A stretch of DNA of 64,000 nt, taken from positions 1 through 64,000 of the IMG/VR virus record IMGVR_UViG_3300021960_006131, one strand, 5' to 3'. How positions within the stretch are numbered: position 1 is the first letter of the stretch; the number at the start of each line of letters is the position of its first letter. The DNA is from a virus. Shown here one piece after another: positions 62,101 through 64,000 of the stretch. Position numbers and translations under genes: made by a program. A model generated the notes under the pieces. That model saw nothing but the letters and a program-made list of their open reading frames with translations, was not told the origin of the DNA and made no database searches.

Positions 62101-64000
62101 CATTGCTTTGAACTGGATAAACATTACCTGCATACGCACCTGTATTAGTAAACTGTACAAAATCACCTTTATCGATAATTGTCGAATTTGCTCCTGACAG
62201 TATACTATTACCTAATCCATCATTATTACCAAAACCAACTAATGTTATTTCATTGTAAGCAGGCCTTGTTACTGATGCTGTTTGTGTAGTAACATTAGAA
62301 GATATTTCAAATGTTTTACTACTTGCGTTCCAATTAGCAACTGCATAACCCAAATCTGATTTATAAAAATCATTCTTGTTTGTGATTCTTTCAGAGTTAC
62401 CGTTATTTGATAAATCTATGCTCAATCCATTAGTTATGTAACTAGCAATACCTGAATTATAACTATCACCTACTTCTAGTAATACTGTACTTGTACCGGA
62501 CAAGCCTTTGACTTTCATATTTAGATTAAATTCTAAGTCTGATTCATAAGACACATAGCAATCAGATTTTATTGATGCGTAATCACTGCCAGTGACATTT
62601 GCTTCGTTGATTGTAAAAAATCCTTTTGCTGGGTCGTCTACATCTACTGCACCTGGGTTACCGCCAAGTCCTCTTTCACTTATTCCTGTAACAGTATATG
62701 CTTTACCAACTGTTAAATTAGCGGCAGTTGCCTGAGTACCTGTAAATCTTACTGTGTCTCCGACACCTAATCCTGATAATGAATTTGGAGATATTAATAC
62801 TGAATCTACATGAGCATTTGGTAAATTGTCTTTAACAACACTTGCTCTAGTAAAGAAGTCAATGTTTGGCACTGGATGTGATTGCTCTGCATAAATCCTT
62901 GCCATGTAATTAGGATCTCTATACGGCTCTACTTTTGTGATAACTTTTGTATCACCTGGTTCTATTTTTGTAATGCCTCTGTTAATTTTCTTTAATGGCT
63001 TATAGTCACCTTTGTAAACTACTCTTGGTGTGTATACAAAGTTTTCATTGCTCCACTCTAATACTGTATCTGACAAGTTAGCATTTTTTACTACAATCAC
63101 ATTATCATAAAAATCTGTATGAGCCTTATTGCCTAAAATATTTCCATCTGTCCATTTAGATAATTTCTGATCAGAAAATAACATTGCTCTGCCGCCAACT
63201 GAACTGATATAGTTTTTAGCACCTGAAATATTTCCTGTTGAACTTTCTATACCATGTTTCTTTAATCTGAAAACATTCCAGTCTTCATTTTCTGACTTAC
63301 CTAAATGCAAGTACTGGTTTTCTTTTGGTATATTGTTTTTACCATTTCCAATTAAATTTGCAAAATAAGGAAGATCAATTGCCTCCCAATCTACAGTATG
63401 TTTATTAACATATCCTGCATTTGGAACATTATATTCTTCTTTGCTGTCTCTGAACCACAATCCGTCTTGTAAAGAATTGGTTGGTCGTTTTAACATAGTT
63501 TCAGTGTCATCTATGTCAATTGTAATTTTGTTATCTGTTAAAATATCTTTTGTACGTTCGTATGTACGTTTGCTTATTGTGTTTGCAATTAGTGTATCAT
63601 TTGCTACACTCTTAATGCTTAACATTTTTCCTGGTACATCTGCTGTAAATGTATCATTAAATTGTACTGAACCGCTTTCTATAACTGTGATGTTAGAACC
63701 TATACTAAAGTTATCAGTGTAAAGAGCAGTATTACTAAAACTAATTGTAGTAGTTGTAGAATCATTTGCTAACGTAAATGCGGTATACTCTGGTGTATTA
63801 TAAACACGTTTGTTATCAATGTATATTTCTGTGTAAGGATATTTGCCATCTATATTAACAATATTTTGATCTTCAAATTTACTATTTCCGCCTAAAACAA
63901 TTTGGAATGCATTGTTGGCATTAATTGAATAATCATTGACAATTGAAGCATTTGCTGTTATAATAGTTCTAGCACCTCTATCATATGACCAATAGTTTGT
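50105..64000 (-). CDS. giant virion structural protein (baseplate/tail-associated), 5'-truncated; at least 4631 aa
   Basis: Frame stays open for 125 codons upstream of the track start (63625) to the window end; repeated 'G..GD.(V/I).F' beta modules, 'NPGFGYS'-type motifs, C-terminal 'VTRGTNGT.A.AH..G..V'. Confidence 0.8.
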   Translation of the reverse strand, partial: TNYWSYDRGARTIITANASIVNDYSINANNAFQIVLGGNSKFEDQNIVNIDGKYPYTEIYIDNKRVYNTPEYTAFTLANDSTTTTISFSNTALYTDNFSIGSNITVIESGSVQFNDTFTADVPGKMLSIKSVANDTLIANTISKRTYERTKDILTDNKITIDIDDTETMLKRPTNSLQDGLWFRDSKEEYNVPNAGYVNKHTVDWEAIDLPYFANLIGNGKNNIPKENQYLHLGKSENEDWNVFRLKKHGIESSTGNISGAKNYISSVGGRAMLFSDQKLSKWTDGNILGNKAHTDFYDNVIVVKNANLSDTVLEWSNENFVYTPRVVYKGDYKPLKKINRGITKIEPGDTKVITKVEPYRDPNYMARIYAEQSHPVPNIDFFTRASVVKDNLPNAHVDSVLISPNSLSGLGVGDTVRFTGTQATAANLTVGKAYTVTGISERGLGGNPGAVDVDDPAKGFFTINEANVTGSDYASIKSDCYVSYESDLEFNLNMKVKGLSGTSTVLLEVGDSYNSGIASYITNGLSIDLSNNGNSERITNKNDFYKSDLGYAVANWNASSKTFEISSNVTTQTASVTRPAYNEITLVGFGNNDGLGNSILSGANSTIIDKGDFVQFTNTGAYAGNVYPVQSNDGNFIKIYDPATTGNTTNRTAIVYTGSKESRSGNIASLTSNTLTVSGFETSNLGNYGFGNIQYLNSNTSTGVIPGVSGTERPLKISGNTIIIDVADAVGTIQSRFPVHTLRDTTNNTVDLFFRDDGAGEFARVLFDNSEKTPEEHDLIGNVRHSGLFHYNNKPVYMGLGLPTTNNYLTLQTDFTGVPESLRTVDGVELDLEFRYVTDEGFKELLRSTGLKGDPTDPGFVNQAFGMLDKLENFDTAWWLDNFTYKQETPSLDGMFVEMRGVSSDMFDRGQIVDEVSDYATSRLGLIPRYFGNHHALNITGEVERGLTIAGVNQNLVDKVDRNRIKFDFSDSHSMSDIFTFIDKKPNKAIWTDPNGNIIQVHSNQPDKIRARLKTTKLKPDHTNGGDRPLEWWGEDLKNILAKGAKYNFINLYIGFENGLTTYPANNNFDVAVPLVIVNSAKLKYTLAPTTKNELTNLRIAIKDDTGTIPQIVDRKIISVGQSSVTVDNTDNIFTSNDTTDNLNAVVYQVDKNKNKQVLVNDFLSSVERSTNDDGYSAVLLQPRSSSSSLIAGTTLGYISKLPTQIGSAGTFYMGINNSANVQLSSIFGSNLDITFDYLPLNHTGCNTEIMNSTDVNVAIDVHVVEPQHKMFMDTEAVDNNTLRFADTQHGVNSVLTGNIVVSNTQPNYAIIPKSISDNVGTYAINETEKSNLGVIVSSLNGSQLVFNKPNNLLYTGDTIFVNTTGSANGINNTEFRIRSVTENTFTVKLANTNVIPTAELSSMKYLTYADPVIRGSATTSTITSRIVHVPANVHIFETGDDITLNAGSVDTAGVNGQTYIVNSVYSNAFEINQPTRPTALTTNLTASLTGNANLHIVSVPKGYGIPSLTGKIYDPENNYSLGGNTSVTLNPISYLDFDKQLITKGDAPMMYFEKSLGTTFTNDELMLDVYTATRFYSKGHNIGKIDDKQLVVSSTNASSDGFVNIELNNGLRGLAVGSTVTFSKNNTGHVLSGNTFTVVDFVSIIDNIDGAGEQYITIEAPGATATANVFSVSYDNYIPDSSKAIKISNTRNYDGFATPFLADNDSFVVKTIFTGNAITQGNWVSDSIIITGTDSLHNEINAKPDKNSIAIKNSPVRNYNSTYKMAPIGYKQRRLSDNQVEVFGFTNSNVALDLTDKNVSYSITDYNAVDVNDNKTYLPAQDTIEQVKGSLNFVSDFKAGAIDKEKKLQLGFLFGHRDPRSDNRNADDFNQKYVQRPADVTGLDQIYSYEYIGAPGGNALKGGVNKYSPVKLNETISERRAPSKLAGKYIIDVSGLEEQIYYGTQNQKRTQRPHGVHSTRSLDGKITADNPLVKNYENNINNMKLDPTLRTIKNKAEPGFASPKIGAWPYTGMPGDYVNPYDDYFGDFGNSWWNTKYDGVRRQLNGGGGGGGYSGGGGGPGNPPPQDPPPQDPPVQETCGKFRITLYDSNSGEEGTTYEFSDQLFDVVQQYIDSEYANISGYQEQFLQAGGSATNWTTILSYLQGIGDNYTKIPYKQIDVDLCELEDLHIKEIDGNTCTSSGEVMYLGGEAVNLPEGCDPCALADAINSQSPNFNAECVTETPKPPKSCVVKGGGQAWGTTDFRNIGKILKMGNNNGQQLSPITNRSDNYQLLEGRKDGVPAVLFGSRHDDARLVVQISGEALLESVRQQMIEKGLDPNTYNSIVLRSTTNDDRNGELMHWKNTSTSITHSGSGIKGEYNNIDKQPFAIVYAPASGSVFHKDQKLGTVQFMKDHMGRGINKETMSVYVSKLNRSSYDYGAKGKGILYRLPKNGTGQHKYLGDLYNFTIIDDLMLGGWGSRSEEDTRSNAITTVQEQDDRGFKFTKITGYGERVKENGKWQDRTGSWFKSLWQYHAKQQRRVQGCTTADDANVPQLNPIVKIKSAVPFSLGKGCSRSPFSEVGDFQPYREKRMNSSANLTIANALTPEQYNELGGDNSSVFTPKVISGGLPGQEVTIVDIMGAPDTSNPFMTSDYIRIDGYPVNPRSGEGTRDGQIANANVGVVQTGMVEDSTGFNYMIGDRLTIVGGRPKTIDEDAYYLSDIIVTNPGFGYSPTTTRLEVIDAEMGTQLPGVQIKPEFTPNENAVTPVVKNTGRTAISSAVLPYKTYIGYKGCKEANWLNDVNTNTAFVDRSGNSINGITIDQRRLDIGIDSQNTFYEETFTISATTGLEVGTTYKAFIGTREYENVGEFMMFNFNINSTSGNNNRGESNFTSSFDTDEQTALNGAWIVCWNAPNFTSSINGINMQTNFGNLAEGTVGLMKSFHDVESFDSRNRDNFAHFLSDNIKLTNGRVVKFLKLANDRVYFQILSAYDLDTEVGRAIGIPDFSNIFARFYPINNLSTYGSNVLQTQSGKYEISVEHNSSVSSDVTTGSDASFTLNTKDAIHGLKVKAKQLGTNLEPTTQQFDLFVYQDGVDSGYLRLPITTHYTIPASTHAGQFDISGSTLATNMASLNYSTVYRPVVQPVTELQESQAIVYKFDFGNLPDDAKVSDIDIDLNFESFAPGEFDMMWLTTPEGKRVPILQTLGKFGNNGAYDQDGFLDGYDYNSSQVQQTFKFTLSSKSNAEPIKYGGSNLRNNNTVKTHIGSPARHPNNTGRQYDQASGEISNVLASNYQNDTTLSSLYGIQFNNVENTLRKLLRDQDGNIRGILGKGTWFIEWSRSGRTISDNYTPESMGNKKTKIRTPNIKIKYSSASENPEYDTADKDSISGVSIIQKGGFQPEFSTRRYIVVAKGSSGQGFQAQAILSKGKLVGEDNPDLKSQQAIFEVLKINQAGSITKMRILDRGVYEIFPAEFERGVPLKYVEGEVESKEIDGRPYGQGYGARVQLTSRSVINCQQPPGIVDRNSGSSRPATATELLADLINTVGGVDGGLTATTTSINPSVQGLTLTTDADGLELSDIVPGTLDALGIPAGDYGPGAFGFSADIGDGGNGFGLNDSGIRKDNPFDKGDPDSLILYNASVPPEFEGLSSQNFGNVFSYDLNRINGGPLVTEKMQTELDVLYLKSARVHSKYDVQSLMPKVWVDNYDANGWAYLENGKVVYRKDNLVDSSKIKSALVYDNITGQRITDVYLNDPFKNVFMPEVERNLTYISESDPVYYGDDSSNFSKHNVGELWWNTSSMRVRWYEQSDNDYRRKYWASYMDGSKFDVYEWIESTETPIEYSGKGTPLDVEKYLIDQRFNSVTGLYNNVYYYWVKDIQDVPNVANRSASASSISQLIESPKLQNIPTFGAISNNSIVLNNVKGYLTDDQGVFQVNFRRTDSRYTNKHESYLLIGENNISDSIPAELFNKLVDSLVEEDVLGKVVPDPYLNKFERYGISIRPRQSMFTKPANARRELVYFINKEMQKIKLTDDFYSNWNATVATNTYYELIDWVETGYNTNSIKARATVKSIKQMRGLTDISDGTFVRLEGIGDNPDKFYEYESVKNDYKLVKIVKGTMKLKDEVFGTINPGLTTELRQLLFAIKNNIFKNTNLENKLFFSMLNYVLSEQYQTEWCFKTTYFNIRQSAENLNQIASTKIDAFDSVVKSIKNYKPYTSKLRDFEDRKISIDSLKSFATDFDRPPYQPDLSVESRILDDGNSSDALILTQNDDYVNWTNNYSNNSTKIRTITEKMFFDRTASEILPINNNGTVTMASGYGQPQSNTSAERMAQLSNASSNATPINHIERVFKYNTVITDLTDKIADTTTYSSDIIAGFIATRDATLRTLAYADFFGEELDANLFAKAYFDSIGKEVMSTGLGYDLFGFDSAGFDSQQVVNNYTVNTAVQSQLIRDTLTYQGFDSSTFFTGLTGPNIPPEHAVFQPLEGLQLNVQTNGTGGFANVSYKIFVGMNGKTEYIRLNDSNKTTLTANITAESLTIQLADASVITPPYTGSPATAVFIGDERITFEEINGNTLTGVTRGTNGTSAEAHTIGEKVYDATETNNINSGAFAFGNPADPEFTTWNSAGMSLSNAVTPIAQFIQAGPGSYFD
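57773..57860 (-). repeat. GC-rich low-complexity Gly/Pro linker (GGGGGGYSGGGGGPGN-PPPQD-PPPQD-PP)
   Basis: 15-nt tandem unit TGGTGGATCTTGTGG plus CCG/CCA runs. Confidence 0.85.

Noticed and set aside
1-64000. Stop-codon reassignment
   Set aside because: Genes tile densely under the standard code, and TAA, TAG and TGA all end genes at sensible overlaps.
41601-64000. Collagen-like (Gly-X-Y)n substrate for the PLOD-like enzyme
   Set aside because: The structural ORFs are Gly-rich but show no sustained triplet periodicity.

Overview
AT-rich, densely coding 64-kb segment of a large tailed dsDNA bacteriophage (myovirus-like, probably a jumbo phage; lineage and host cannot be fixed from sequence alone). 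Standard genetic code; I saw no tRNA, rRNA, CRISPR array, integrase or transposase. Three zones: (1) 1-16.1 kb, + strand: end of QueE, 5'-3' exonuclease/RNase H, glutaredoxin, AAA+/VWA-peptidase pair, amidinotransferase, phosphoesterase, sulfotransferase, ATP-dependent DNA ligase and many hypotheticals. (2) 16.1-45.1 kb: two convergent arms meeting near 31 kb that form a ~29-kb tailoring-enzyme island: NDP-sugar dehydrogenase, PLP enzyme, five radical SAM enzymes, carbamoyltransferase, methyltransferase, SDR, SGNH-like protein, four 2OG-Fe(II) domains and about seven glycosyltransferase-like genes, including a 9-repeat GT-like protein and a GT25+PLOD-like fusion. (3) 45.1-64 kb, - strand: two paralogous tail-fibre-like genes and a giant structural ORF open beyond the window end (at least 4631 codons). 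The regulatory signals are unusually legible. Six sigma70 promoters (TTGACN-17-TATAAT) each feed a GTAGGAG ribosome-binding site. A 3'-UTR hairpin at 6783-6835 displays the exact antisense of that site in its loop (candidate anti-SD sRNA). T4-late-like ATAAATA boxes are common, and seven such boxes lie 5-6 nt before an ATG, implying leaderless mRNAs. Family assignments come from motifs recognised by eye, not from database searches.
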